From the IMG/VR virus record IMGVR_UViG_3300027994_000009, positions 1 through 46,743 of that record: DNA of 46,743 bases; one strand, given 5' to 3'. Position 1 is the stretch's first letter. The number at the start of each line of letters is the position of its first letter. Source of the stretch: a virus. Its lineage: Duplodnaviria; Caudoviricetes. Positions 37,071-46,743 of this stretch are shown in pieces. The notes under the pieces are model-generated. The model saw only the letters and a program-made list of their open reading frames with translations. It made no database searches and had not been told where the DNA came from. A program made the translations under genes and the position numbers.

Positions 37071-38129
37071 TTAAACTAAACCGAGCTTCTTCCTCTGGTC
37101 ATCGCCAAAGATATTAAAGTATTGTCCTGCCGTGCGTTGAGCTGGTGTTTGACCTTGTGCTACTTTGATTCCACTCGTATTGTATTGGTCAAGTGTTGGA
37201 GCTGTAAAGGCTACGTTCTTAGCCGCAATCGCAGGGTTCGCACCTAGTTGGTCGATCTGACTTAGGAGTGAGCTTACACGGTCGTTAAATGGTGCAATTG
37301 ACCCACGAGCTTGTGCATAATTCTGTCCTTGAGCCTGAGCGCGTTGAAGTGCAATGTTAGATAACGTTTCATTAAGGCCAGCTTCAGTTTGTAGAAGCCC
37401 AGCGTTAAGTTGGTTTTCTTGTACAGTTCGTTGACGTCCAAGATCTTCTTGCGCTGAACCAAAGGCTTTTTTACGGTCTTCATCTGCAATGTCGATGTTC
37501 TGTAGGTTACGTCCGAATGAAGTCTGGATAGCTCCCTGCTGTTGGTTGCCTTGTCGTGCTACTGCAAGAGGGGCAGCGAACTGTGCTGCACTCGAAGAGT
37601 TACCAAGAAGACGTCGAAGTCCTTGTGCCTGACGGGAAACTGTTTGGTCAACGTTAGATCGAGCAGCCACGTTGTCGTCGATAGTGCGTTGCTTAGTAAG
37701 ACCTGCATCTCGTTCAGCCTGTGAATTAGAACCTAAAAGGTTGTCTAAGGCGCTCTGGTAAGCTCCTGCAATGTTGCCCTGTCCGATTCCTCTTTGAGCA
37801 TTAAGTCGATCGATAGCCTGACGAGCCTGAGCCTCTTGATCGTTATAGTAAGCAATTGCTGCTGGGTCAAAGCTGGCAGCACCGCCTGCAGATAACTGAC
37901 TCGATTGGTTTGCGGCTGCATCCCCTGCCCGTTCCATATCCCCGAATAAGTTATTGCTTGCCCACACTGGCGCTGTAAAAGGACTGAACGTAGGGTCTAC
38001 AATTTGGTTTGCTATTTCCTGTTGTTTGGTAGGTATCTGACCCGTGCTTCCTAGGCGTTCAGACCAACCTAATTCTGGTGCTCCTACCTTATTACCAACT
38101 GATGCTACCAAATCTCCTAAAAATGACAT
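37071..38129 (-). CDS. Putative ejection/pilot protein (352 aa)
   Basis: Gln/Ala-rich helical protein preceding the large virion protein. Confidence 0.5.
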   Translation of the reverse strand: MSFLGDLVASVGNKVGAPELGWSERLGSTGQIPTKQQEIANQIVDPTFSPFTAPVWASNNLFGDMERAGDAAANQSSQLSAGGAASFDPAAIAYYNDQEAQARQAIDRLNAQRGIGQGNIAGAYQSALDNLLGSNSQAERDAGLTKQRTIDDNVAARSNVDQTVSRQAQGLRRLLGNSSSAAQFAAPLAVARQGNQQQGAIQTSFGRNLQNIDIADEDRKKAFGSAQEDLGRQRTVQENQLNAGLLQTEAGLNETLSNIALQRAQAQGQNYAQARGSIAPFNDRVSSLLSQIDQLGANPAIAAKNVAFTAPTLDQYNTSGIKVAQGQTPAQRTAGQYFNIFGDDQRKKLGLV

Positions 38130-38201
38130 GTATAAATTCTCCGTGTAATAAAATGTGATTTTATCGTCCAGGGTTCCTTAGATCGACTACTCATATAGAT
38201 A

Positions 38202-38246
38202 TAGTCTCGATGTATAAAGTATAGTATAGGTGCTCTCGTTACACTA
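38202..38246 (-). promoter_or_regulatory. Late-type promoter
   Basis: TAGTGTAAC-14-TATACT-TTATACATCGAGACTA, aligns with portal promoter. Confidence 0.6.
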
Positions 38247-38438
38247 ATGGTTGATGTTTGGCAACACAATTTCTAGTGGTCGTTCGATCTGGTACGACTG
38301 GTCTACGCGCTCTACCTGTACGGTGACTGTTTTAGGTGAAAGCAACGCGTATAGAATAAGTCCAGTCACTATAACTTGTATAGTAACAAATACAACAAGG
38401 AACTTCTTGTTTACGATAAACTCTTTATCTGTAGCCAT
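38244..38438 (-). CDS. Small single-TM protein (64 aa)
   Basis: Hydrophobic stretch, TAATG-coupled. Confidence 0.5.
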   Translation of the reverse strand: MATDKEFIVNKKFLVVFVTIQVIVTGLILYALLSPKTVTVQVERVDQSYQIERPLEIVLPNINH

Positions 38439-38992
38439 TACGCAGCTATCCCTATTAGTTGTAATTTAACTACCACGCCGTCAGGAATGCTCGCCATAGC
38501 CGCAGAACCTAAGACGTTTATCGAAAGAACAGTGACCCCATTAAAGCCTTGCTTCGTAAAAGTAATAGCTACCGTCTTGTTACTTGTCACTGTAGGGAGT
38601 CCTTGGGCGTATACTCCTGAGCTGTCTATGAAGTTTGTTTGGATTGAGTCTGGGAAGATAGTCGAACACAACGCCGTACCACCAGAGGTTCTGGTTGCTC
38701 CTTGCGTCGTAACATATGAAGTGGTCGACCCACCTAACGTATTAACTGTTTCTGTCCACATCACAACATCGCCCGTATTTGGTGTTCCGTTCTGAGCGAT
38801 GCCGTTAATGTAATAACGGATAGCTGTTTTCTTGTCAATCTTGTCGTTTAAAAGGGATTCTACCGTATACACTGCGCCCGAAGACGGTACTTTGGCGTTA
38901 TCGTTTAACATCGGCACAACGGTTGACAGTGCTGCGACATCCATTTTTGTGTCATCGTGTCCTGCGTTCATCTGATTAAATGCTTCTGGCAT
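38438..38992 (-). CDS. Fibre-associated protein (184 aa)
   Basis: Follows the long fibre gene; RBS. Confidence 0.5.
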   Translation of the reverse strand: MPEAFNQMNAGHDDTKMDVAALSTVVPMLNDNAKVPSSGAVYTVESLLNDKIDKKTAIRYYINGIAQNGTPNTGDVVMWTETVNTLGGSTTSYVTTQGATRTSGGTALCSTIFPDSIQTNFIDSSGVYAQGLPTVTSNKTVAITFTKQGFNGVTVLSINVLGSAAMASIPDGVVVKLQLIGIAA

Positions 38993-39001
38993 ATATTCTC
39001 C

Positions 39002-42000
39002 TTATGTTCCTATGAAGAAAAAACTAAATGTTTGGTTTGCGAACGTGGAAGCAGCGACGTTACCCGTCGTGATATTAGCGGCTGTAGCTGTATAGGTGTT
39101 TACACCGACCATCTGTGCTGCTGTTCCGTTCATGGACTGTAATGTAGCCATACCCATCTGTACCGTCGTGAAGAAGCTTGTAGGGAAGGTAATGCCGTAG
39201 TTGTTACCGTTCGTAGAGGCGAGAGTAGCTGCGGTTGTTCCCCAAAGCATCTTGATACCACCAAGGTTCATGTAGTACATCGTACCACCAGCTGTTCCTG
39301 CATTGGCTTGTGAACTTGCCACGAAAGATAATGCGGTAAGCCCTAGTTGACCGCCACCAGCTGCGTTTGTGTGGTTATGAGTGGCGTTTGTAAATGAAGC
39401 GATGGTAGGGGTGGTGAGTGTCTTACCCGCAAGAGTTTGCGTAGTAGTGGTATCTGCGAGAGTAATCGTACCAGCTGGGTATGTGGCATTCGTTGTACCA
39501 GTGACTGTGTGGGTTTGTGAGAATGCTCCTGAGGTTATAAGCGAAGAACCGTCAGCTACTGTAAGGGTAGAAGAAGTGGTAGGTGCTGTGATAGCCACCT
39601 TGTTAATTGAAGTCGCTGTAGCTACACCAATTGTAGGAGTCACTAGAGTAGGGCTTAATCCGAATACAAGGTTTCCTGAACCTGTTTCATCGGTCATTGA
39701 TGTTGCAAGCTGAGCTGAGGTAATAGACCCCGATGCCGTACCGTAGAGTGTTCCAGATGTAGGCAGGGTAACGTTCGTAGCCGCGGTACTTGTCAATGTA
39801 GTAGAAAAAGCACCAGCGGTAGCAAAGGTTGAACCAGTAGGGATAGTGAGCGTTCCTGCTGAACCCACAATAAGCAGACCGTTATACGTTTTATTCGTAA
39901 GTGATTGTGAATCTGAGATACCGACGTAGGCGCTACTTGGAACAGCGTTTGAGTTGATTGACACAACACCATTTAAGTTAGTACTCGAAGCGGTGATGGT
40001 TGTACCACTCTTAATAATCTTACCTGTAGTACTGTTGAACGTCGCTAGTCCGTCAGCTGTAGCCGAAGCTGGTCCCGTAACGTCTCCGCTCCCAGCCGCT
40101 GCAATAACGATACCTCGTCCAATATTCACCAACAGAGAAGTTGTAGAAAGTGCTTTACCAATTGGCTTACTTACCTGTCCTACCGTAGTAGGCTCAGTGG
40201 TCGTAAGTGTTCCAGCTGTTGTGGGTGAGAGGAAGTATACAGAACCTGAGGTTAACCCAGAAAGTCCCGTAATTGGCCCACCGTTCTCTGTAAGGATGAA
40301 AGAGTTTGCGTTAACGACTGTAGAGACAATCCCCTCAACACCTGCGTTAGCAGCTGCGTCGGCTTTGGAAGCTACATAGGCTGTTCCGTTCCAGTACAGC
40401 GGTGTTCCTACTGTGAAGCCGTGAGCCGTTTGAGAGACGGTAATATCAGTAGCTGGAGCGCCATTAATGGTAATAACTGGAGTAGTAGTCGTATTCGCGA
40501 CTGATGCATCCGTGTTGGCCGAGGTGACTGATGTGACTGAGCCACCGCCTCCACCAGAGTAGATAGGGATGTTTAGCGTATTCCCAACTAACGTGGCTGC
40601 TCCAGAACCACCCGTGGTAGTAAGAGAAAGGGGTGCTTGGTAGTCTGTTCCTGCTACTGCGATGCTTGGAACACCTGTAGTTGTAGTATTCTTTAAGATA
40701 CCCGTTGCGAGTCCTGAAAGAGCTGTTCCGTTAATCCTTGTAACAGTAGTGGAGTTCGTGTTAACCGCTGAGCCATCGAAGTTTGAACCAGCCGACGTTA
40801 CGTCACCTGTAAGTGTTCCAATTGTACGAGGAGTACTAAGCTTCGTTGCATTGCCTGCTGTGAAAGAAGCTCCCGTACCCGAGATGTTCGTCCCCACAAG
40901 TGTTAGAGGGGTTCCAAGGGCGTTAGATGCACCCGATAGCGTTACTACACCCGATGTGGTGATAGGGTAAGCTGTTCCTGCTGTTCTAAGCCCAGCGTTA
41001 GAAAGGACTGTTCCAAGATCGACAGTTGCGCCTTGGGTCGTAAAAGCTGCTGGTGGTTGTGGCATCATGTAAATAATACCTGTAGTTGCGTTTGAGGTGA
41101 GGACAATGCCAACCCGCGCAATAAAGGCTGGGTTAGCAGGTATGGTTGAGGTAAGCGAACCAGGTGTAGCTCCGACGTATACGATAGCCCCAGCGGTGAA
41201 AGCTGCGGTATTTACGTCTCGTACCTTCCCTTGAACAGTTACATAGCCACTTGCCCCATTTGCAATACTTTCGGTGGTCAAGCCATATACCTGAGAACCA
41301 GCTGAGGTTGTATTAATAGCTGGAGTTATGTTCGGAACACCTGTTGTTTGTCCACTAATATAGACAGGTACGCCGTTGGCAATAGTACTACCCGTTGCGT
41401 TGTTAACTTTTACACGCGTCTCTGCGCCAAGCTGTAGGTTGACGTTCGCATCCGCGTTCATGAAACTTAGCTCATCTTCTGTTGAATCATAGTAGAGTTT
41501 ACCAGCCGAATACGAAGGCGTTGAAATGGCTGTGAACGTAGCACCAGCCGAAAGAATAGGTGCTGGAGTGAAGGTCTTAGTTCCTGTGATAGTCTCTGTT
41601 CCTGCAAGGTGTACGTCCAGAAGGTCGTTAGAGGCTATCTGAGCCACTGTGTAAGCTGTAGTGGCGAGTTGTGTTGTATTCGTCCCAACCGTCGCTGTAG
41701 GAGCTGTAGGAACGCCCGTGAGACCAACCGACGATTTGATTGTAGGGTTTGGGTATGTGCCTGTGAGGTCGCCACCAGCTGAACCGTTAGGAGGGAGAGA
41801 CGTTGGGATAACTTGGTCACCTGTATTCGTACCAGATAAGTTCGTTCCTGTGACTGTTCCAGTAGAAGCAACACTTGTAGGAGTGATGTTCCCTAGCCCA
41901 ATTGTGAGACTTCCTGATGTGGTGATAGGAGAGCCAGAAACTGAAACACCGTTAGAGCCTGTAGCTCCTACTGAGGTGACTGTCCCGCTTCCCGAAGCTG

Positions 42001-42229
42001 TAGCCCAAGTAGTATCATAGTCGCCATTTGAGTTCTTCTTGAGTACTTGACCTGTTGTTCCCCCTGTTGGGATACCTACTCCTGCAGGTCCTGCTGGACC
42101 AACTGCATCAACGTCCACGCTAATAATAACGTCAGGCGCTAGTGTAATTGGTACAGATATAGGTGCAGCCAATGAAATGTCTACATTGAGGGCGTCGTCA
42201 AGATCTACGTTCACATCAATTGGCTGCAT
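39002..42229 (-). CDS. Tail/head fibre protein, long allele (1075 aa)
   Basis: G/T/S/A-rich modules (LTGVPTAPTA..TNTTQLATT, VHLAGTETITGTKTF); C-terminal LWG..ITFP.SF fibre domain. Confidence 0.75.
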   Translation of the reverse strand: MQPIDVNVDLDDALNVDISLAAPISVPITLAPDVIISVDVDAVGPAGPAGVGIPTGGTTGQVLKKNSNGDYDTTWATASGSGTVTSVGATGSNGVSVSGSPITTSGSLTIGLGNITPTSVASTGTVTGTNLSGTNTGDQVIPTSLPPNGSAGGDLTGTYPNPTIKSSVGLTGVPTAPTATVGTNTTQLATTAYTVAQIASNDLLDVHLAGTETITGTKTFTPAPILSAGATFTAISTPSYSAGKLYYDSTEDELSFMNADANVNLQLGAETRVKVNNATGSTIANGVPVYISGQTTGVPNITPAINTTSAGSQVYGLTTESIANGASGYVTVQGKVRDVNTAAFTAGAIVYVGATPGSLTSTIPANPAFIARVGIVLTSNATTGIIYMMPQPPAAFTTQGATVDLGTVLSNAGLRTAGTAYPITTSGVVTLSGASNALGTPLTLVGTNISGTGASFTAGNATKLSTPRTIGTLTGDVTSAGSNFDGSAVNTNSTTVTRINGTALSGLATGILKNTTTTGVPSIAVAGTDYQAPLSLTTTGGSGAATLVGNTLNIPIYSGGGGGSVTSVTSANTDASVANTTTTPVITINGAPATDITVSQTAHGFTVGTPLYWNGTAYVASKADAAANAGVEGIVSTVVNANSFILTENGGPITGLSGLTSGSVYFLSPTTAGTLTTTEPTTVGQVSKPIGKALSTTSLLVNIGRGIVIAAAGSGDVTGPASATADGLATFNSTTGKIIKSGTTITASSTNLNGVVSINSNAVPSSAYVGISDSQSLTNKTYNGLLIVGSAGTLTIPTGSTFATAGAFSTTLTSTAATNVTLPTSGTLYGTASGSITSAQLATSMTDETGSGNLVFGLSPTLVTPTIGVATATSINKVAITAPTTSSTLTVADGSSLITSGAFSQTHTVTGTTNATYPAGTITLADTTTTQTLAGKTLTTPTIASFTNATHNHTNAAGGGQLGLTALSFVASSQANAGTAGGTMYYMNLGGIKMLWGTTAATLASTNGNNYGITFPTSFFTTVQMGMATLQSMNGTAAQMVGVNTYTATAANITTGNVAASTFANQTFSFFFIGT

Positions 42230-42573
42230 TATATATCCTTAGTTACGTCTTGGACAAACTCGATGTCCTGTTGTTTTGTACTTGAAACTTTGTTCGCTGG
42301 TGAGACTGCTTGGATGTCGTATACGTACTGACCAGGTGTTACACGTGTATCAGTGTTAGACAGGGCAATAGTCGCTACATTTCCTAAAATCGTAATGCCG
42401 TTTGTAATATCCTTAGCAATAATCGCATCCGTGTCGTCGTCTGGTGTCAAGCCGTTCACGTCCTTAACAGTGAAGAATATCTGGTATCCCGTAATCACCA
42501 TCGGGAAGGTAACAATAAGACTTCTATCGTCACCACAGATCAAAGCATTTTTCTTGGTCAATTTAGTGGCCAT
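42229..42573 (-). CDS. BppU-like adaptor, copy 2
   Basis: Near-identical to 2674-3018. Confidence 0.5.
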   Translation of the reverse strand: MATKLTKKNALICGDDRSLIVTFPMVITGYQIFFTVKDVNGLTPDDDTDAIIAKDITNGITILGNVATIALSNTDTRVTPGQYVYDIQAVSPANKVSSTKQQDIEFVQDVTKDI

Positions 42574-42618
42574 TGTTTCTCCTTAATATTTGGAGGGAGT
42601 CCCCACACTCCCGTTGAA

Positions 42619-43002
42619 CTAGGCTACTCGGGCAAATGTACCAATGACTTCTGAAACGAAGTATCCACCTGTACCAGTTGCACCACTACCAAGAAGAGTG
42701 ATTTCGTCACCAGTCTTAGCTGTAGCTTTTGTGTTTACTGCACCTTTGTTAACAGTAGCGGTGAAACCGTTTCCTGTAACGCCGTCAGCAGCTTGAGGTG
42801 CGACTGTGAAGCCGACCTTTCCATCGTATGATCCACCGTTACGGATAGTAAATACTGCACCGTCAACTGTTGCAGGAAGTGTAATAACAACTCCATCAAC
42901 TGTGACGTTCTGTACAATACCACTGTCTGCGACAGTAAGAGTCTTATTAGCTGTTACGGTCACGTTTGAGCGATCGTAGTGAGCTTGAATCGTATTAGCC
43001 AT
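42619..43002 (-). CDS. Putative decoration protein, copy 2
   Basis: Near-identical to 3065-3448. Confidence 0.5.
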   Translation of the reverse strand: MANTIQAHYDRSNVTVTANKTLTVADSGIVQNVTVDGVVITLPATVDGAVFTIRNGGSYDGKVGFTVAPQAADGVTGNGFTATVNKGAVNTKATAKTGDEITLLGSGATGTGGYFVSEVIGTFARVA

Positions 43003-43014
43003 TATGTTTTATCC

Positions 43015-43365
43015 TTATTTCTTATTAGCAGATTTTACTTCTGCAGCGTTTTGTTCTGGAAGCTTTGCAGCTTCTTTTGCAGCTTCTTCAGCTTGTCGTT
43101 CTGGGGCAGTCAGTGTTTCACGTACTTCTTTTTTGGCTTCTGCAGCAGATTCACGATACTCTTTAGTCTCGTCTTCTGTTGCTGCGCGCCAACCAAGGTG
43201 GATGAAAGCATCGGCTTGAGCTGGGTCAACTGCTTCGAGGAATTTCTTTTCTCCGATTTTGTTGTTTAGCTCGTCTGTTGCTTCGAATACATAGACACCA
43301 TTCTTGCTTACGTCGCCAGTGACGCCGTTAACTTCTTGTGGTGCAATTCCTTTAGGGATAGCCAT
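43015..43365 (-). CDS. Head-associated hypothetical protein, copy 2
   Basis: Homologous to 3461-3811. Confidence 0.5.
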   Translation of the reverse strand: MAIPKGIAPQEVNGVTGDVSKNGVYVFEATDELNNKIGEKKFLEAVDPAQADAFIHLGWRAATEDETKEYRESAAEAKKEVRETLTAPERQAEEAAKEAAKLPEQNAAEVKSANKK

Positions 43366-43390
43366 GTAATATTCTCCTTATTAACTTAAA

Positions 43391-44224
43391 TTAGGCAGCC
43401 ATAACAGCGTAAATAGCCTTACCACGGTTGGTAGGGATAAATGCGTCGTAGTATCGGCGTCCTTCAACAACCCATCCGTCAATACCCTGCACTTCGTTCA
43501 AAGTACGGATCATGTCGAACTTAGTTGGAGCTACAAGCACGTCGTCAGCTGTGAAGAGGAACTCTGTGTTAGCTGGTAGGTAGCTTGCAGGTACGATGTG
43601 AATTGTAATTCCATCGACAATTTTAACGTCACCGCTCTTAACATCTTTGTATGCTTCGTCAGAGGCAATCTTAAACTCAGTATCACGACGGAGTAAGTTG
43701 TAGTATGTACGAGTCATGAAGACGTGGATGTTCTCGTTCTCGATCAATGCGTTAGTAAAGTATACGTTAGCAGCCAAGTAGGTCTGGTAAGCGTTTACGT
43801 TAGTAACAACAGTAACCTGTGATTGTGAGTTAGCTACAGCGTAAGCTTGTAGTGTTGCAAGACGGTACTTGTCAGTTGTAGGGATAGCGACTTCACGAAC
43901 TTGTCGTTTAACGCTCTCGCCAACTTCTGTAACCATCATGCTGTCAGCCCAGTTACCACGGTCGATTGAGTATGTCCATGCTTTGTCTTGTGAAAGGGTA
44001 AAGGTTTGTGTACCTGTTCCCAGTTCGACTAGTTGTCCGAATCGGTTTGAACCGCCACGTACGTAGTCAGTTTCTGCTACAACACTTACGTTGTAAATTG
44101 TTACAGACTGGCGACCATTAAAGTCAAGGCGAATACCTTTGTTAATGATGTCGTTAGTCTTTGCTTTCACGAAGTATCGTTCGTCAAGAACCTTCAGTGA
44201 AGCACTAGCGAAATTTTGTGCCAC
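43391..44224 (-). CDS. Major capsid protein, copy 2 (GTG start)
   Basis: Differs from copy 1 at DAEFKV/DTEFKI. Confidence 0.8.
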   Translation of the reverse strand: MAQNFASASLKVLDERYFVKAKTNDIINKGIRLDFNGRQSVTIYNVSVVAETDYVRGGSNRFGQLVELGTGTQTFTLSQDKAWTYSIDRGNWADSMMVTEVGESVKRQVREVAIPTTDKYRLATLQAYAVANSQSQVTVVTNVNAYQTYLAANVYFTNALIENENIHVFMTRTYYNLLRRDTEFKIASDEAYKDVKSGDVKIVDGITIHIVPASYLPANTEFLFTADDVLVAPTKFDMIRTLNEVQGIDGWVVEGRRYYDAFIPTNRGKAIYAVMAA

Positions 44225-44243
44225 GATTGTTATTCTTTCTTAG

Positions 44244-45047
44244 TTAGTCGTCTAAGCCCTTGAGCAAGATGTCCATAATAGGATCACTCGGTGCTTTTTG
44301 AGTCGTTGACTCACCCGTTGTGTCAGCGGCAGCCAGTTGCCTTTCAGCAGCTTTCTTTCCGTTAATCTGACCTCGTTGTGCACCACGCTCGTGGATCTTA
44401 GACAGTGTTTCATAAAATTTGTACGGCAAAACATTAGCCTGCACGATCTGACCTGTCTTTGGATCTGTCTGAATACCAGACACGTTCATATATTGTTCAG
44501 CTGCTAGCTCTGCAAAATCCTTGTCATAATCCTTACTCTCTGGATTGAAGACGGGGAAGTCGTATAAAACTTGCATTGACTCCATATTTAGGTCGTTCGT
44601 AAGTTCCACTACGTGTGAGTTGTATTCCTTGACGGCGTTCTCTTGGCGCATTGCCTCGATCTTGGCGTCAGTCTCTTCCATCCCTTGTTCTTGTAGCTCG
44701 GCAACGGTGAGAGGCTTGTACACTTGGGCATTTAACTGCTCCACTTGTCGTTGCAACTCACGTTTCTCACTTACAAGAGTACGTATGCGGTTCTCGGCGT
44801 TATTCTTTGCCTTTGGCTTACCTTCTTCTGTTTCCTCTGCGTCGGATTCCTCAGACTCTGTAGTGTCCCCACTATCCTCGGTTTCCTCTGCTTCCGTTTC
44901 TGGAGCTTCGGCTTTTTCAACCTCTTTGGTTTCTGCAGGTGACGATTCTGCTGGTGTAGTTGGTTGCTCTACGGTGTCGTTACCTTCGTTGTCGAAACTT
45001 AGGGTAATTTCTTCGTTAGCGTCATTAGTGCTAGAATTTTCATCCAT
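44244..45047 (-). CDS. Scaffolding protein, copy 2
   Basis: Homologous to 4690-5487. Confidence 0.7.
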   Translation of the reverse strand: MDENSSTNDANEEITLSFDNEGNDTVEQPTTPAESSPAETKEVEKAEAPETEAEETEDSGDTTESEESDAEETEEGKPKAKNNAENRIRTLVSEKRELQRQVEQLNAQVYKPLTVAELQEQGMEETDAKIEAMRQENAVKEYNSHVVELTNDLNMESMQVLYDFPVFNPESKDYDKDFAELAAEQYMNVSGIQTDPKTGQIVQANVLPYKFYETLSKIHERGAQRGQINGKKAAERQLAAADTTGESTTQKAPSDPIMDILLKGLDD

Positions 45048-45151
45048 AGCGGCCTCCTTTATTGTTTAACGTTCGTAGCGTGAACGAATCGAGAGTTGGA
45101 TAGGCTCTATGCCAGCGTCGAGTGGGGTCGACACCAGCATACAGGCTACCC

Positions 45152-45463
45152 CTACTTACCCAGGAATCTATCCTCCAGGTTAATGAGGTTATCTACTTCT
45201 GACTGAACTAGGGCACGGAACTTCTTGTTAGCCTCAACTAATATCTGAACTTGGTTAGCTGGCATAGAAGCCTCTACGCCTAGACTAGAGATGGAGTCGG
45301 TATCACTGATAACCTGTTTGAAATGGGTAATGAGGTCTTTTACAATAGGGTAAGACTTTTCAAATTTAGACTGCTCTTCACGTTCTTCAGCATCCTGTTC
45401 TTTAGGAATGGAGTTAAAGTCGTCAAATGGTTGACCATCGTTAGGGTAAGTATCGTCGTTCAT
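45152..45463 (-). CDS. Hypothetical protein after portal, copy 2
   Basis: Homologous to 5591-5899. Confidence 0.6.
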   Translation of the reverse strand: MNDDTYPNDGQPFDDFNSIPKEQDAEEREEQSKFEKSYPIVKDLITHFKQVISDTDSISSLGVEASMPANQVQILVEANKKFRALVQSEVDNLINLEDRFLGK

Positions 45464-46743
45464 TATTCATCCCTCTCTGCTTGACCAATTATTTGTGCAA
45501 CCTCTTCGATGGGGACATCTTCCCGTAGCATCACAATCGCTTGAGCGATGATCTCGTTATCGAAGCCACGCTCTTGTAGCCCTTGGATGAGTTGTACCTC
45601 TTCATCGCTTAGACCTTGGAAGTCTGCTTCATTAATGACGCCATCTGCAAGTGGATCAGGTAGCTGGTCTTCTTGAATATCCATAGAACTCATTGGCTGT
45701 GGCTCCATAGCCTCTAGTGCCTGTGGTGGCAGTTCTGTCATCTCTGGCTCTTGCATAGCTTCACCTTCTGGGATCATTGTAGGGTCAATCTGAGGCATCT
45801 GGGCATTCGGGTCGACTTGTGGCTGTACAGCCTGTGCTGCCTGTGCTTGTTGTGCGGCCGCCTGGTCGGCTGCGAACTGGTCAGCGTCGATGGCAAGCTT
45901 CTCTTGGTCTTCTACACCAGTAAGAGCAGTGTACTGGTTCCATAGTTCAACAGCTTTCTCTGGGTACTGCTGGAGGATACCCTGAAGAAGTGGGCTAGCC
46001 TCGATGCGTTGGAAGAATGAGTCAAGGGCTTCAAGCTGCGCCTCTGTACTTGCCTTATCTGATGTGCTAGCATCCACTTCAAATTTAAGAGATTCAGTGA
46101 ACTCATCCCAGTTAATGATGTAAACATCTTTAGCATCTACTGCAGTAGGGTCAATATCACGTACTTTACGAGCGGTCTCTTTATCTAGCTGGATCTCTTC
46201 GACACCATGCTTGTTAGCAAATGTGAGGTTAAGCATAGACTCAAATACGTCTGAGATCCATCGCTCATACTGTTTACGCATGTAGTTGTCTGAGATACCT
46301 AGCTTGAGGTTTTGAGCTTGAACACCTGCGCTTGTCTTAGAGAAGCCAGGGTTACCTACTTCAGCAGAGACAGAGGTATCACCGTTGTTGTTCATGGCGA
46401 TGATCTGAGACTTAAACAGTCCATAGTCATTTGTGAAGTTGTTAAGAGCAGTTGTGTCTAGTTTGGCACTCTCGATGCTGTTCTGTGGGTTATTGCCGAG
46501 ATCCCAGATAGCATTAGGCTGAAGCTTTAGTTGAGACTTGTTATAGTCACCTCGTTTAATAAGAGGGGGAGCGATCATAAGTGCACGGTTGTACTGATAG
46601 CTCTGGAGCATGGAGTCGATAACGTTCTGTGTACCGCCAGAAAGCTCCACAACACCACGTCCAAGAGGATTCTCAAAGTCGATGTTAGCATACAGTACCT
46701 GGATGGGCATGACACCACGAGGATCTTTGTTTTTCATTGTACG
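45463..46743 (-). CDS. Portal protein, copy 2 (5' part outside window)
   Basis: Matches copy 1 from MKNKDPRG; variable Gln/Pro tail. Confidence 0.75.
   Translation of the reverse strand, partial: RTMKNKDPRGVMPIQVLYANIDFENPLGRGVVELSGGTQNVIDSMLQSYQYNRALMIAPPLIKRGDYNKSQLKLQPNAIWDLGNNPQNSIESAKLDTTALNNFTNDYGLFKSQIIAMNNNGDTSVSAEVGNPGFSKTSAGVQAQNLKLGISDNYMRKQYERWISDVFESMLNLTFANKHGVEEIQLDKETARKVRDIDPTAVDAKDVYIINWDEFTESLKFEVDASTSDKASTEAQLEALDSFFQRIEASPLLQGILQQYPEKAVELWNQYTALTGVEDQEKLAIDADQFAADQAAAQQAQAAQAVQPQVDPNAQMPQIDPTMIPEGEAMQEPEMTELPPQALEAMEPQPMSSMDIQEDQLPDPLADGVINEADFQGLSDEEVQLIQGLQERGFDNEIIAQAIVMLREDVPIEEVAQIIGQAERDE

Larger units (their letters stand above)
42080..46743. repeat. Diverged direct copy of about 2540-7115 (offset about 39.6 kb)
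   Basis: Same gene order, near-identical proteins, many synonymous differences. Confidence 0.95.

Noticed and set aside
7911-38174. 8-nt complementarity between portal and ejection-gene leaders (TCCAGGGT/ACCCTGGA)
   Set aside because: Too short, with no covariation evidence
39381-42020. Plus-strand ORFs opposite fibre genes (also opposite capsid and scaffold genes)
   Set aside because: Antisense shadows of biased codon usage in the real genes

Overview
The window is tailed-phage DNA, almost all on the minus strand. It holds one full podovirus-like gene set with a period of about 39.6 kb: terminases, portal, scaffold, capsid, fibres, putative ejection proteins, nozzle, lysis genes, ERF/ParB-like/NinG-like/C5-methyltransferase genes, HNH genes and many tiny ORFs. 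The portal-to-fibre module occurs twice in direct orientation (about 1313-7115 and 39002-46743). The copies are diverged and carry different fibre cassettes. I see no integrase, repressor or polymerase. The most striking signals are RNA-level: (1) a promoter-driven array of about nine different stem-enclosed structured RNAs (17091-19490), four preceded by boxA-like motifs and one clearly tRNA-like; (2) inside it, an unannotated Apf-like transglycosylase frame apparently reached by a pseudoknot-stimulated -1 frameshift; (3) two hairpins with complementary loops (CCCCAC/GUGGGG), one with a compensatory change, bracketing the head genes; (4) a 15-bp operator in three early promoters and a separate late-promoter motif. 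Protein families were assigned by eye from motifs; no searches or folding programs were run.
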